The notes beneath the pieces were generated by a model, which saw nothing but the letters and a program-made list of their open reading frames with translations, had not been told where the DNA came from and did no database searches. A stretch of 63,162 nt of DNA, the filler included. It is 7 parts of 7 records of this genome, joined end to end, with 100 filler letters (N's around TTAATTAATTAA, not from the genome) between each part and the next. Parts side by side here need not be neighbours in the genome. Positions count along the whole stretch, not along the records: positions 29,040 to 43,389 come from DRR723986_17449; positions 43,490 to 49,207 come from DRR723986_17450; 5 more parts are not named here. One strand, 5' to 3'. This document shows, piece by piece, positions 40,071 through 49,307 of this stretch. The translations under genes and the position numbers were made by a program. Positions within the stretch are counted from its first letter, which is position 1, and each line of letters starts with the position of its first letter.

Positions 40071-41096
40071 TTGATGGAAATTGCGATCGTCAGGACGGCG
40101 CATTTGCACCTTTATTTCGAGGAACTCAAAGAGATCGGTGTGTCTGTCGAAAGCGAGCTAGCGCGTTCGCGCCTGCCGCACTGGACCCTCGACGATCCTG
40201 ATGCTTATGTCAGTTTTGCACTTTGCCTAGAATGGCTCGCTGGTTGTAGCCGCGACTTCGAGCTGATGGATTTCGGTTTCCTGTCAGCCAGACGCGCAAC
40301 TCTGGGGTCGCTGAGCCCGCCGTTCTTGCGTGCGATCCTCGACGCGCCCACCGGGTTCGCGCGTTTCAACGCATTCCTCCGCTGCGCGTCCCTTGAGGAC
40401 AACGTTTTGTCAATCCGAATGCAGCCCGAGGGCGACCAGGTCCGGGTGATCAGTACAATGGAAGGGTTCCAGAACAATCCATTCATCGGTCTAGCCGAAT
40501 GGGTAGACCTCCAGGCGATGATCTCGATCGTCCGAAGCGTTGCCGGACCTCGCTGGTGCCCGCAGGAGATGACTTTCGTTTCGCGTCAGCGTCCGACACC
40601 CATTGTGCACGAAGCATTTCCGAACACGCGTATTCTAGTGGGCAAACCTTGCACGTCGATCCTGGTCAGCAAGGATTTGCTTGCTCGACCATGCACGCGT
40701 GACTTTAGTGTTACGGCGGACGACGCAAACCTCCAAACCAGAGCAATTCCGGACGAAGACATAGTGGAATGGAATTTTGCAAAGGCTCTACGGGAAGTCG
40801 TTCGGCCCTATCTGCCCGGCGGATATCCCGCACTCCGCGAAATGGCAGAAGCGTTGCAGATGAGCGAACGAACGCTCCAGCGGCGGCTGCAGCACAGCGG
40901 TCGATCCTATTCAGACATTGTGCAGGAGGCACGTTTCGATCTTGCGCGTGCACTGCTCGTTGATCCTTCGACGAGGATTATCGACGTTGCGCTGGCTGTG
41001 GGCTACGAGAACCAACAGCATTTTTCTCGGGCATTCCGGCGGATCGCAGGCGTCTCCCCGACCGGTTTCCGTAAGTCAATCTTTGAAATGGGATAA
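40071..41096 (+). CDS. AraC-family transcriptional regulator, full length
   Basis: N-terminal ligand domain of about 240 aa, MSERTLQRRL, GYENQQHFSRAFRRIAGVSP. Confidence 0.9.
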   Translation: MMEIAIVRTAHLHLYFEELKEIGVSVESELARSRLPHWTLDDPDAYVSFALCLEWLAGCSRDFELMDFGFLSARRATLGSLSPPFLRAILDAPTGFARFNAFLRCASLEDNVLSIRMQPEGDQVRVISTMEGFQNNPFIGLAEWVDLQAMISIVRSVAGPRWCPQEMTFVSRQRPTPIVHEAFPNTRILVGKPCTSILVSKDLLARPCTRDFSVTADDANLQTRAIPDEDIVEWNFAKALREVVRPYLPGGYPALREMAEALQMSERTLQRRLQHSGRSYSDIVQEARFDLARALLVDPSTRIIDVALAVGYENQQHFSRAFRRIAGVSPTGFRKSIFEMG

Positions 41097-41452
41097 GTGT
41101 GGAATCCAAAAAGGTCGTTCACTCGCATTGAAATTCTGAAACTGGTTGGTGACCAAACACAGTCAGTTTCGGGATTTATGGAATGAACAACCTTTTTAGA
41201 TCCCATACCTAGGTAGGTCTGATCAGCCAGAAGCCGTGCCTCGCCAGCTTTAGGGCGTCAGTCGTCTAAGTGGCTGGCATCACATTGCGAGCGTTAGTGG
41301 AGCGCCCGATGGCATTGCTTTCGAAATGGCAAGCAAGCCTGGGTCGTGCCCGAATGCCCTCTTCCTGCGTATAGCCGCCGCTTTCGCAAGACGCGGCGAA
41401 CGGCAGCTTCCCGCCCTGACCTTCGCTGGTGCCCAGTCGACACAAACGGCCC

Positions 41453-41836
41453 GTTGCGGTCATTCAACACCAATTGGTCCAAGGGCAGCTTCGGCCCCCA
41501 TTCGGGTTTACAATGACTCGCGCTCAGATTCGAAAACCGGATTTTCGTTGCGTGGAGAACAAAAGAGCGAAATGCGCCGCCAATTCAGCCATCGCACGCG
41601 TTCGCCCGCTACGTCGAAGCGGCCGACTGTTGAATGGATCCAGATCCATATTTTCTCTCGGCTGAGGTCTGCGACCGCCCAGATGGTCTGACATAGGTCG
41701 GATAATCACCCAGGCGACTGAACTTGACGCAGGTGTCAGCCGGCCGTCGTGGACAAGGTGCTTCCGTTTGCGCACACGGCGGACGCCTTGGCCTGTGTCG
41801 AGACCGGACTAGCTGAGGACTAGGTTGCGGTCATTC
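41453..41836 (+). repeat. 13-bp direct repeat GTTGCGGTCATTC with related degenerate hairpins
   Basis: Exact copies at 41453-41465 and 41824-41836. GGCAGCTTC at 41402 and 41484. Inverted variant GAACGACCGC at 43286. Confidence 0.45.
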
Positions 41837-41873
41837 TCAATAGGCAGCAGCACGACCATGCGTCATGACAACT

Positions 41874-42254
41874 TCAGGCCTGACGTGCCTTTCGATTTGC
41901 GTAGCGCCGGTCACGTTCAGCTTTACGAGCTGCGTCGTCCTGCAGGACCCGCTCGATACGGGTTTTGTCAGCCAGCTCGCGCGCATCGATTTCAGCTTTG
42001 GCTGCGGCAGCAACGGCGGCATCTCTTGCTGCTGCTCCAGCGGCAACGCGATTTTGTTCTTCAAGTTTCGCCTGCTCGCGCTCGGCTCGGCGCTGTTCAC
42101 GAGCTTCGGCGATCATACGCCGCTCCGCCTGTTTGGCTTCGCGGGTCGGTTCGGCAGCCTCCTTGGCGGCACGAAAGGCCTCAACAAGGGCTGCCTTGGC
42201 GTCGTTCGCAGCGCCGCGGCGGTCGCTGTGTTCGCTATTTGTAATTCTTTTCAA
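41874..42254 (-). CDS. DUF6481-like charged coiled-coil protein
   Basis: SDRRGAANDAKAALVEAFRAA...RKAERDRRYANRKAR, downstream of a csp gene. Confidence 0.7.
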   Translation of the reverse strand: MKRITNSEHSDRRGAANDAKAALVEAFRAAKEAAEPTREAKQAERRMIAEAREQRRAEREQAKLEEQNRVAAGAAARDAAVAAAAKAEIDARELADKTRIERVLQDDAARKAERDRRYANRKARQA

Positions 42255-42290
42255 ATCTCAATTCCATTTGACGGGATACGTATAGCGGCT

Positions 42291-42515
42291 TCAGGACTTT
42301 CGTGCCCGTTTTGAAGCCGGCTTGGTTCCTGAGGCCAGACTGTCTCGCAATTCCTTGGCGAGCCGGGCCTCCCGCAATCTCTGAGTCTTTTCGTCGCGGG
42401 CAATTACGATCGAGTTCAGGTCTTCAATCGCACGTTGGCGTTCGAAGAGTTGCGACTGGGCTTTACCAAAAGCGGATTCGGCGTGCTGGCGAAGTTTGCT
42501 GTAGTTCTCGGACAT
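42291..42515 (-). CDS. Small hypothetical protein (csp-associated)
   Basis: GAGGA RBS, AESAF, EKTQRLREARLAKE. Confidence 0.7.
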   Translation of the reverse strand: MSENYSKLRQHAESAFGKAQSQLFERQRAIEDLNSIVIARDEKTQRLREARLAKELRDSLASGTKPASKRARKS

Positions 42516-42555
42516 GGCTTTCCTCGTAGAGGCCGCTCACCAGTGAGCAGTTACG

Positions 42556-42583
42556 AAAAAGGCCAGGCAACTTGCCTGGCCTT
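42556..42583 (-). terminator. Intrinsic terminator of csp
   Basis: Minus strand aaggccaggcaa-g-ttgcctggcc followed by ttttt. Confidence 0.75.
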
Positions 42584-42649
42584 GCTTGGTCTCATGCTTT
42601 CGACAGTGCCAGTACATCCGTGGTCAAGGGAAAACAGATTCCGGATCTA

Positions 42650-42859
42650 TCAGGCGGCCTGCAGATTGCAGGCAGACATCTTGCCCGACTTGGTGTCGCG
42701 CTCCATGTCGTAGCCGATTTTCTGGCCTTCAACGATTTCGTGCATGCCAGCACGCTCGACAGCGGTGATATGGACGAATGCGTCCGGGCCGCCGTTGTCA
42801 GGCTGGATAAAGCCGAAGCCTTTGGTAGAATTGAACCATTTTACTGTGCCAGTGGTCAT
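42650..42859 (-). CDS. Cold-shock protein (CspA family)
   Basis: MTTGTVKWFNSTKGFGFI, AFVHITA. 69 aa from ATG 42859 with GAAAGGG RBS. Confidence 0.95.
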   Translation of the reverse strand: MTTGTVKWFNSTKGFGFIQPDNGGPDAFVHITAVERAGMHEIVEGQKIGYDMERDTKSGKMSACNLQAA

Positions 42860-43006
42860 GATGAACCCTTTCATAGCATAGAGAGAGGAACCGGCAAGCA
42901 AAGGGCTCGCAGGTGGTGATAACGATGCTTTAAAGGGAGGGTTCGTTAAGAACGCGGTGCCAATCGCGTTGTAACCAAAGCTCGGCAAGAAAATATCGAT
43001 GCCGCA

Positions 43007-43035
43007 TTTCTATGGGTTTTAAATGAGAATGTCAA
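43007..43035 (-). promoter_or_regulatory. Candidate sigma70 promoter of csp, implying a 5' UTR of about 140 nt
   Basis: TTGACA-N17-TAGAAA on the minus strand. Confidence 0.5.
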
Positions 43036-43389
43036 CTACTGGTTTTGGTCTTCTAACGCTGAAAATATGGACTGTTTCACCACGAAAAGCAAAAGTGAGC
43101 CATACGGCGCAATAAAAGCACATGATAATTGTCACGTTATTTTAGCATGTTTTTTTGAAAATAAAGAGGGAAAGAGATTTATTGAATTTATGCTTGCGGA
43201 CACTTTACCCTTGAGTGGCACCGTGTTGCACGGATTCAACAATATCAGCATCAAGCAATGTCCAGTTGTACTCGCGAAAATTCACGAACGACCGCTGCCC
43301 TCCTCAGAGCTGTCTGCTAACAACGCGGATTGGATCGACTGCCTGCGATTGAACTCGCTCCAGTCGCGCGATCCGATGAAAGGCTGGCG

Positions 43390-43489
43390 NNNNNNNNNNN
43401 NNNNNNNNNNNNNNNNNNNNNNNNNNNNNNNNNTTAATTAATTAANNNNNNNNNNNNNNNNNNNNNNNNNNNNNNNNNNNNNNNNNNNN
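43390..43489. other. Artificial contig spacer
   Basis: Same linker. Confidence 0.97.
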
Positions 43490-44118
43490 CGGAAGCGCTT
43501 CCGGGTCTCAAGGTAAACTCAGTTCGTGAATCCGAGGCCCAAGGTTTGTTTGAAGTTCAGAGCAACAATGGAGAAACCTTTTACGCCACTGAAGATGCTA
43601 CCTATTTGCTGACAGGTGAACTGCTGAGGGTGACCGGAAACGGTATTACCAACGTTACCGAGGAGTCCCGCGCTGGTGTCCGTAAGGGTCTAATGGCGGA
43701 TTTCGGCGGCAAGGGTGTCATTTCCTATCCGGCCAACGGTGAAGAGAAGGCGGTCGTTGATGTGTTTACCGATATAGATTGTCCCTATTGCCGGAAGTTG
43801 CACGATGAAGTGCCGCAGCTGAATGATTACGGTATCACAGTCAACTACTACGCGTTTCCCCGATCCGGGCCGGGCACACCCTCATTCAAGAAATATATTT
43901 CGGTCTGGTGTGCTGACGATCAGCAGGCTGCTATGGATGCGGCCAAGGCGGGGCGTTCAGTAGGGTCGAAAAGCTGTGATAACCCGGTGGCTGAGCAGTA
44001 TCGGCTTGGCGGTCAGGTTGGGGTGACGGGCACGCCGGCTATTTTGCTGGAAGACGGCAAGATGGTTCGGGGTTATGTGCCGGCCCGAAATCTGGCCGAG
44101 GGTCTCGGTATTCTGTGA
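43490..44118 (+). CDS. dsbC: Thiol:disulfide isomerase, 5' truncated
   Basis: VFTDIDCPYCRKLH, AFPRSG, VWCA, GVTGTPA. Frame is open from the contig start. Confidence 0.88.
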
Positions 44119-44258
44119 CCCTGTCGGTGTTCGTCGCCAGTCGTCATCTTTGTTGAAAGCGTGACCGATTCAGGGCTTATTCAGCCGGCCCTGAATCGGT
44201 ATACTATGCCCCCTTATTGCAATCCATCAGCACCCCCATCGGGATCAGAGGTGAGAGC

Positions 44259-45560
44259 TTGAAAGACGTCAATGTCGGAATTTGCGGACTGGGAACCGTA
44301 GGCGGCGGTACATTCAATGTCCTGACTCGCAACGCCGCGATTATTGCGGGTCGTGCCGGCTGCAACATCCGGATCGCCCGGGTGGCGAGCCGCCATAGCC
44401 GCGATGACCTTGATCTGGGCAGTGTCCCGTTCAGTACCGACGTTTATGATGTAGTGAACGATCCTTCGATTGATATCGTGGTGGAGCTGATTGGTGGCTA
44501 CGATGCGGCCAAAGAGCTGGTGCTGGCTGCCATTGCCAACGGAAAGCATGTGGTGACTGCCAACAAAGCCCTGATTGCCGTGCACGGTAATGAGATTTTC
44601 GACGCAGCGGAGAAGGCAGGCGTTGTGGTTGCCTACGAAGCCGGCGTTGCCGGCGGCATTCCGGTGATCAAGTCTGTGCGTGAGGGCCTGGCCGCCAACC
44701 GCATTGACACCATTGCCGGCATTATCAATGGCACCGGCAATTACATTCTCACCGAAATGCGCGCGGGCCGGGAATTTGGTGAAGTCCTCAAAGAAGCGCA
44801 GGCGCTGGGCTACGCTGAAGCGGACCCGACGTTCGATGTGGAAGGTATCGATGCCGCTCACAAACTGACCATCCTGGCGGCGTCCGGGTTCGGCGTTCCT
44901 CTTCAGTTTGAGAAAGGTTTTACCGAGGGCATTTCCGGTATTACTCCATATGATATTTCCCACGCAGAGTTGCTGGGGTACCGGGTGAAGCACCTGGGCA
45001 TCGCCCGTCGTCGTGAAGACGGTATTGAACTGCGGGTGCATCCGACGCTGGTGCCACAGAGTCATCTGATTGCCCAGGTTGATGGCGTTCTTAACGCGGT
45101 CCTGGTGGATGGCGATGCTGTTGGCCAGACCATGTATTACGGTCCTGGTGCCGGGGATGAGGCTACAGCATCTGCGGTCATCGCAGACATCGTAGACGTC
45201 GCCCGTGCGGTGGCCAGCAACAGCCAGCAGCGCATTCCCTACCTCGGATTTACGCCGGACGCCCTGGAAGACCTGCCGGTGCTTCCAATGGAAGATGTCC
45301 AGTCGGCTTACTACCTGCGAATCCAGGCCTTTGACCATCCGGGTGTGTTGGCCAAGATTGCTGCGATTCTGAGTGAGCATGGCATCAACATCGAGTCGAT
45401 CATGCAGAAAGAATCCGAATTCAAGGATGGCCGGATTCCGGTCATCATCCTGACCCACACGGTTCAGGAGCGCCAGATGAACCTGGCCATTGACGAGATG
45501 GAATCCCTCGCCGACATCGATGGCAAGGTTGTCCGCATTCGCGCAGAAAACTTTAACTGA
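44259..45560 (+). CDS. hom: Homoserine dehydrogenase
   Basis: GLGTVGGG, VVTANKA, EAGVAGGIP, INGTGNYIL, GYAEADPTFDVEG, C-terminal ACT domain. TTG start after GAGGTG. Confidence 0.95.
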   Translation: MKDVNVGICGLGTVGGGTFNVLTRNAAIIAGRAGCNIRIARVASRHSRDDLDLGSVPFSTDVYDVVNDPSIDIVVELIGGYDAAKELVLAAIANGKHVVTANKALIAVHGNEIFDAAEKAGVVVAYEAGVAGGIPVIKSVREGLAANRIDTIAGIINGTGNYILTEMRAGREFGEVLKEAQALGYAEADPTFDVEGIDAAHKLTILAASGFGVPLQFEKGFTEGISGITPYDISHAELLGYRVKHLGIARRREDGIELRVHPTLVPQSHLIAQVDGVLNAVLVDGDAVGQTMYYGPGAGDEATASAVIADIVDVARAVASNSQQRIPYLGFTPDALEDLPVLPMEDVQSAYYLRIQAFDHPGVLAKIAAILSEHGINIESIMQKESEFKDGRIPVIILTHTVQERQMNLAIDEMESLADIDGKVVRIRAENFN

Positions 45561-45571
45561 CAGGTACGCAC

Positions 45572-46972
45572 GTGAGATACATCAGTACACGGGGTGAAGC
45601 TCCCGCACTGGGCTTTGAGGACGTTCTTCTGACCGGGCTGGCCACCGATGGTGGCCTCTATGTGCCGGAATCGTTGCCGCACTTCAGCCTGGAAGAAATT
45701 CGTAGCTGGCGCGGGCTTCCCTATGCGGAGCTGGCCTATAAAGTGATGTATCCGTTCGTAGAGGATGCCATCCCGGCGGACGACTTCCGCAAGATGCTGG
45801 ATGAAACCTACAGCGTGTTCAGCCACCAGGCGGTGGCGCCGCTGGTGCAGCTGGACACCAACGAGTGGGTGATGGAGCTATTCCGTGGCCCGACGCTGGC
45901 GTTCAAAGACTTTGCCCTGCAGCTGCTGGGCCGCTTGCTGGACTACGTTCTGGAGAAGCGCAACCAGCACGTTGTGATCATGGGGGCCACCTCCGGTGAT
46001 ACCGGTTCTGCTGCCATCGAGGGCTGCCGCCGGTGCGAGCACGTGGATATCTTTATCCTGCATCCGCATCAGCGAGTGTCTGAAGTGCAGCGCCGCCAGA
46101 TGACTACGGTGCAGGGCGATAGCATCCATAACATCGCAGTCAAAGGCAACTTCGACGACTGTCAGCGCATGGTGAAGGAGAGCTTCGGCAATCAGTCCTT
46201 CCTGGGCAGCAAAACCCAGTTGGCGGCGGTGAACTCCATCAACTGGGCCCGGATCATGGCCCAGATCGTGTACTACTTCCAGGCGTCCCTGGCGCTGGGT
46301 GGCCCGGACCGCAGCATGGCGTTCTCGGTACCCACCGGCAACTTCGGGGATATCTTTGCCGGTTACCTGGCCAAGAAGATGGGCCTGCCCATCAGCCAGC
46401 TGGTGATTGCCACCAACCGCAACGACATCCTGCATCGCTTCATGAGCGGCAACAAGTATGAGCAGCACCAGCTGGAGCATACCCTGTCGCCGAGCATGGA
46501 CATCATGGTGTCCAGCAACTTCGAACGCCTGCTGTTCGACCTGCACGGTCGCGACGGCGCGGCGGTCAAAGCCTTGCTGGAAAATGCAGCCAAGGGCCCG
46601 GTCAGCATCGAAGACTATCGCTGGAAGCACGCTCGCAAACTGTTCGACAGCGATGCGGTGGACGACAAGACCACCTGCGACACCATTCGTGACGTCTACG
46701 AGCAGAACGAATACCTGCTGGACCCACACACTGCCATTGGCGTTCGCGCTGCCCGCAACTGCCGCCGCGACTCTGCCGTGCCCATGATCACCCTGGGTAC
46801 CGCGCACCCGGCCAAGTTCCCGGATGCCATCGCCGAATCTGGCCTGAGCGTCAAGCCGCAACTGCCGGCCCATATGGCCGACCTGTTCGAGCGGGAAGAG
46901 CGTTACACCGTGCTGGATAACAATGTGTCCGAGGTGCAGGGCTTTATCGCCAAGCATTGGAAGAACGCCTGA
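45572..46972 (+). CDS. thrC: Threonine synthase
   Basis: MRYISTRG, GPTLAFKD, ATSGDTG, NSINWAR, VPTGNFG, TAHPAKF. Confidence 0.96.
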   Translation: MRYISTRGEAPALGFEDVLLTGLATDGGLYVPESLPHFSLEEIRSWRGLPYAELAYKVMYPFVEDAIPADDFRKMLDETYSVFSHQAVAPLVQLDTNEWVMELFRGPTLAFKDFALQLLGRLLDYVLEKRNQHVVIMGATSGDTGSAAIEGCRRCEHVDIFILHPHQRVSEVQRRQMTTVQGDSIHNIAVKGNFDDCQRMVKESFGNQSFLGSKTQLAAVNSINWARIMAQIVYYFQASLALGGPDRSMAFSVPTGNFGDIFAGYLAKKMGLPISQLVIATNRNDILHRFMSGNKYEQHQLEHTLSPSMDIMVSSNFERLLFDLHGRDGAAVKALLENAAKGPVSIEDYRWKHARKLFDSDAVDDKTTCDTIRDVYEQNEYLLDPHTAIGVRAARNCRRDSAVPMITLGTAHPAKFPDAIAESGLSVKPQLPAHMADLFEREERYTVLDNNVSEVQGFIAKHWKNA

Positions 46973-46978
46973 TCCGGC

Positions 46979-48712
46979 ATGACTCCTAAAAAGATCCTGC
47001 GTCGCCCCCAGCCGTCCGATGTGACGGGCTGGGGGCAAAACCTGCCTCCCATCCTTCGCCGTCTGTACGCCGCCCGCGGTGTGCAATCCGACGACCAGCT
47101 CCAGTACACCCTGAAACACCTGGCTTCGCCCATGCAGCTTCGCGGTATTGATTGCGCAGTTGAACTGCTGGCAGAGGCCATTGTGCAGAAACAGCGGGTG
47201 ATGGTGCTGGGGGACTTTGACGCCGATGGCGCCACCAGTACCTCGGTGGCCATGCTGGGTTTGTCTATGCTCGGTGTGGCGGCAATTGATTTCCGGGTGC
47301 CCAGCCGATTCTCTGATGGCTACGGCCTGACACCCGGCATCATCCACCGGTTGCAGGAAGACGGGGATTTGCCGGACCTCCTGGTGACCGTCGATAACGG
47401 CATCTCCGCCATCGAAGGCGTGCGTGCTGCCCGGGAGCTGGGCATCAAAGTGGTCATCACCGACCACCACCTGGCCGGAGAAGAGCTGCCAGATGCCGAT
47501 GCCATTGTGAACCCCAATCAACCCGGTTGCCCGTTCCTGAGCAAAAATGCGGCCGGAGTGGGCGTGATGTTCTACGTGCTCACGGCGCTGCGTAAGTACC
47601 TGCGAGACAACAACCTGCTGCCGGACCCGGAGCCGAATCTGGGCAGCCTGCTGGACCTGGTGGCCTTGGGTACCGTGGCCGACGTGGTGCCGCTGGACCA
47701 TAACAATCGCATCTTTGTGGAGCAGGGTATCCGCCGCATCCGCAAAGGCGAAGTCAGACCGGGCATCCTGGCTCTGCTGGAAGTAGCCGGCCGCGACTAC
47801 ACCGAAATCAGCGCCACCGATCTGGGTTTTGTGGTTGGCCCGCGCCTGAACGCTGCCGGCAGGCTGGACGACATGAGTATCGGCATCGCCTGCCTGCTCG
47901 CCGACAGTCGCGACGAAGCGCTGCGTCTGGCCCGGGAACTGGACAACTTCAATCGCGAACGCCGCACCATCGAAAAAGACATGAAAGCCCAGGCCCAGGA
48001 CCTGTTGGCCTCCATGTCCCTCGATATTGACGGCCTGCCCTGGGGGCTGGCCCTGTTCGACCAGGACTGGCACCAGGGCGTGATCGGCATCCTGGCGGCC
48101 CGCATCCGCGAACAGACTCATCGCCCCACCATTGCTTTTGCGCCCGACGACGACGGCGAACACCTGAAAGGCTCTGCCCGATCCATCCCCGGCCTGCACA
48201 TCCGGGATGCGCTGGCCGTGGTCGATGCGAAGAATCCGGGCTTGATGAAAAAATACGGCGGCCACGCCATGGCCGCCGGCATGACCATCGCCAGGGACGA
48301 CCTCGAACGTTTCAGCAACGCCTTCGACCAGGCCGTGCGTGACACGTTGAAACCGGAAGACCTCGAAGCCGCCATCACCACTGACGGCCCGCTGGCCCCG
48401 GAAGAGCTGAACCTGGACACCGCCTACCTGCTCAAACGCGCCGGCCCCTGGGGCCAGCATTTTCCCGAGCCGGTGTTTGATGGCGAATTCCGGGTAGTGA
48501 GCCAGCGCATTGTCGGCGAGAACCATCTGAAACTGGTGCTGCAGCCGGTTGACGGCGGGGGCATTATTGATGGCATTGCCTTCAACACCGGGCCGGAAGT
48601 GCCGGACTTTACCCGGAGTGGCGCGCGGGTGGTTTATAAGCCGGATGCCAATACGTTCCGGGGGCGGACCAATTTGCAGCTTCTGGTGGATTATCTGGAA
48701 CCTTTGGGCTGA
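46979..48712 (+). CDS. recJ: Single-stranded-DNA-specific exonuclease
   Basis: GDFDADG, TVDNG, TDHH, LGTVADV, PRLNAAGR, KGSARS, GGHAMAAG. Confidence 0.96.
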   Translation: MTPKKILRRPQPSDVTGWGQNLPPILRRLYAARGVQSDDQLQYTLKHLASPMQLRGIDCAVELLAEAIVQKQRVMVLGDFDADGATSTSVAMLGLSMLGVAAIDFRVPSRFSDGYGLTPGIIHRLQEDGDLPDLLVTVDNGISAIEGVRAARELGIKVVITDHHLAGEELPDADAIVNPNQPGCPFLSKNAAGVGVMFYVLTALRKYLRDNNLLPDPEPNLGSLLDLVALGTVADVVPLDHNNRIFVEQGIRRIRKGEVRPGILALLEVAGRDYTEISATDLGFVVGPRLNAAGRLDDMSIGIACLLADSRDEALRLARELDNFNRERRTIEKDMKAQAQDLLASMSLDIDGLPWGLALFDQDWHQGVIGILAARIREQTHRPTIAFAPDDDGEHLKGSARSIPGLHIRDALAVVDAKNPGLMKKYGGHAMAAGMTIARDDLERFSNAFDQAVRDTLKPEDLEAAITTDGPLAPEELNLDTAYLLKRAGPWGQHFPEPVFDGEFRVVSQRIVGENHLKLVLQPVDGGGIIDGIAFNTGPEVPDFTRSGARVVYKPDANTFRGRTNLQLLVDYLEPLG

Positions 48713-48798
48713 TTAGGCTTGCTGATTTAACCCGCAAATTCCGGTAGAATCCGCCCTCTGTTTTTATCGCACCATTTTCCAAAGCGAGACAAGGTTTC

Positions 48799-49207
48799 AT
48801 GGAAATTAATCCCATAGTGACGAAGATCAAAGAGCTTCGCGAGCGCACCGAAGCGCTGAGGGGGTATCTTTGACTATGATCAGCGAAGTGAACGCCTGAC
48901 CGAAGTCGAACGCGAACTCGAACAACCCACCGTCTGGGACGATTCCGAGCGGGCCCAGGCATTGGGCAAAGAGCGCTCAGACCTTGAACTGATCGTTAAA
49001 ACCATCGACAACCTCACCAACGGCCTGGCCGATGCAGAAAGCCTGCTCGACATGGCGGTGGAAGAGGACGACGAAGGCACTGTCCAGGAAATCGAAGCCG
49101 ATCTCGAAAACCTTGATAAAGAACTCGAGAAGCTCGAATTCCGCCGCATGTTCTCCGGCGAAATGGACGCCAACAACGCCTACCTGGATATCCAGGCCGG
49201 CTCCGGC
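48799..49207 (+). CDS. prfB: Peptide chain release factor 2, programmed +1 frameshift, 3' truncated
   Basis: [24 protein letters not shown], then CTT-TGA. The +1 frame continues DYDQRSERL...[12 protein letters not shown]...IQAGSG. Confidence 0.95.
48859..48874 (+). promoter_or_regulatory. prfB frameshift cassette
   Basis: AGGGGG-TAT-CTT-TGA-C. Confidence 0.95.
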
Positions 49208-49307
49208 NNNNNNNNNNNNNNNNNNNNNNNNNNNNNNNNNNNNNNNNNNNNTTAATTAATTAANNNNNNNNNNNNNNNNNNNNNNNNNNNNNNNNNNNNN
49301 NNNNNNN
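49208..49307. other. Artificial contig spacer
   Basis: Same linker. Confidence 0.97.

Noticed and set aside
43067..43389. 124-aa ORF running into the gap
   Set aside because: AT-rich start, no motif, overlaps repeat-like sequence and is closed only by the linker.
45878..48526. 882-aa minus-strand ORF, and similar ones at 8940-10139, 25819-26730, 28992-30185 and 44214-45458
   Set aside because: Antisense shadows of well-supported genes in GC-rich DNA, with no recognisable motifs.
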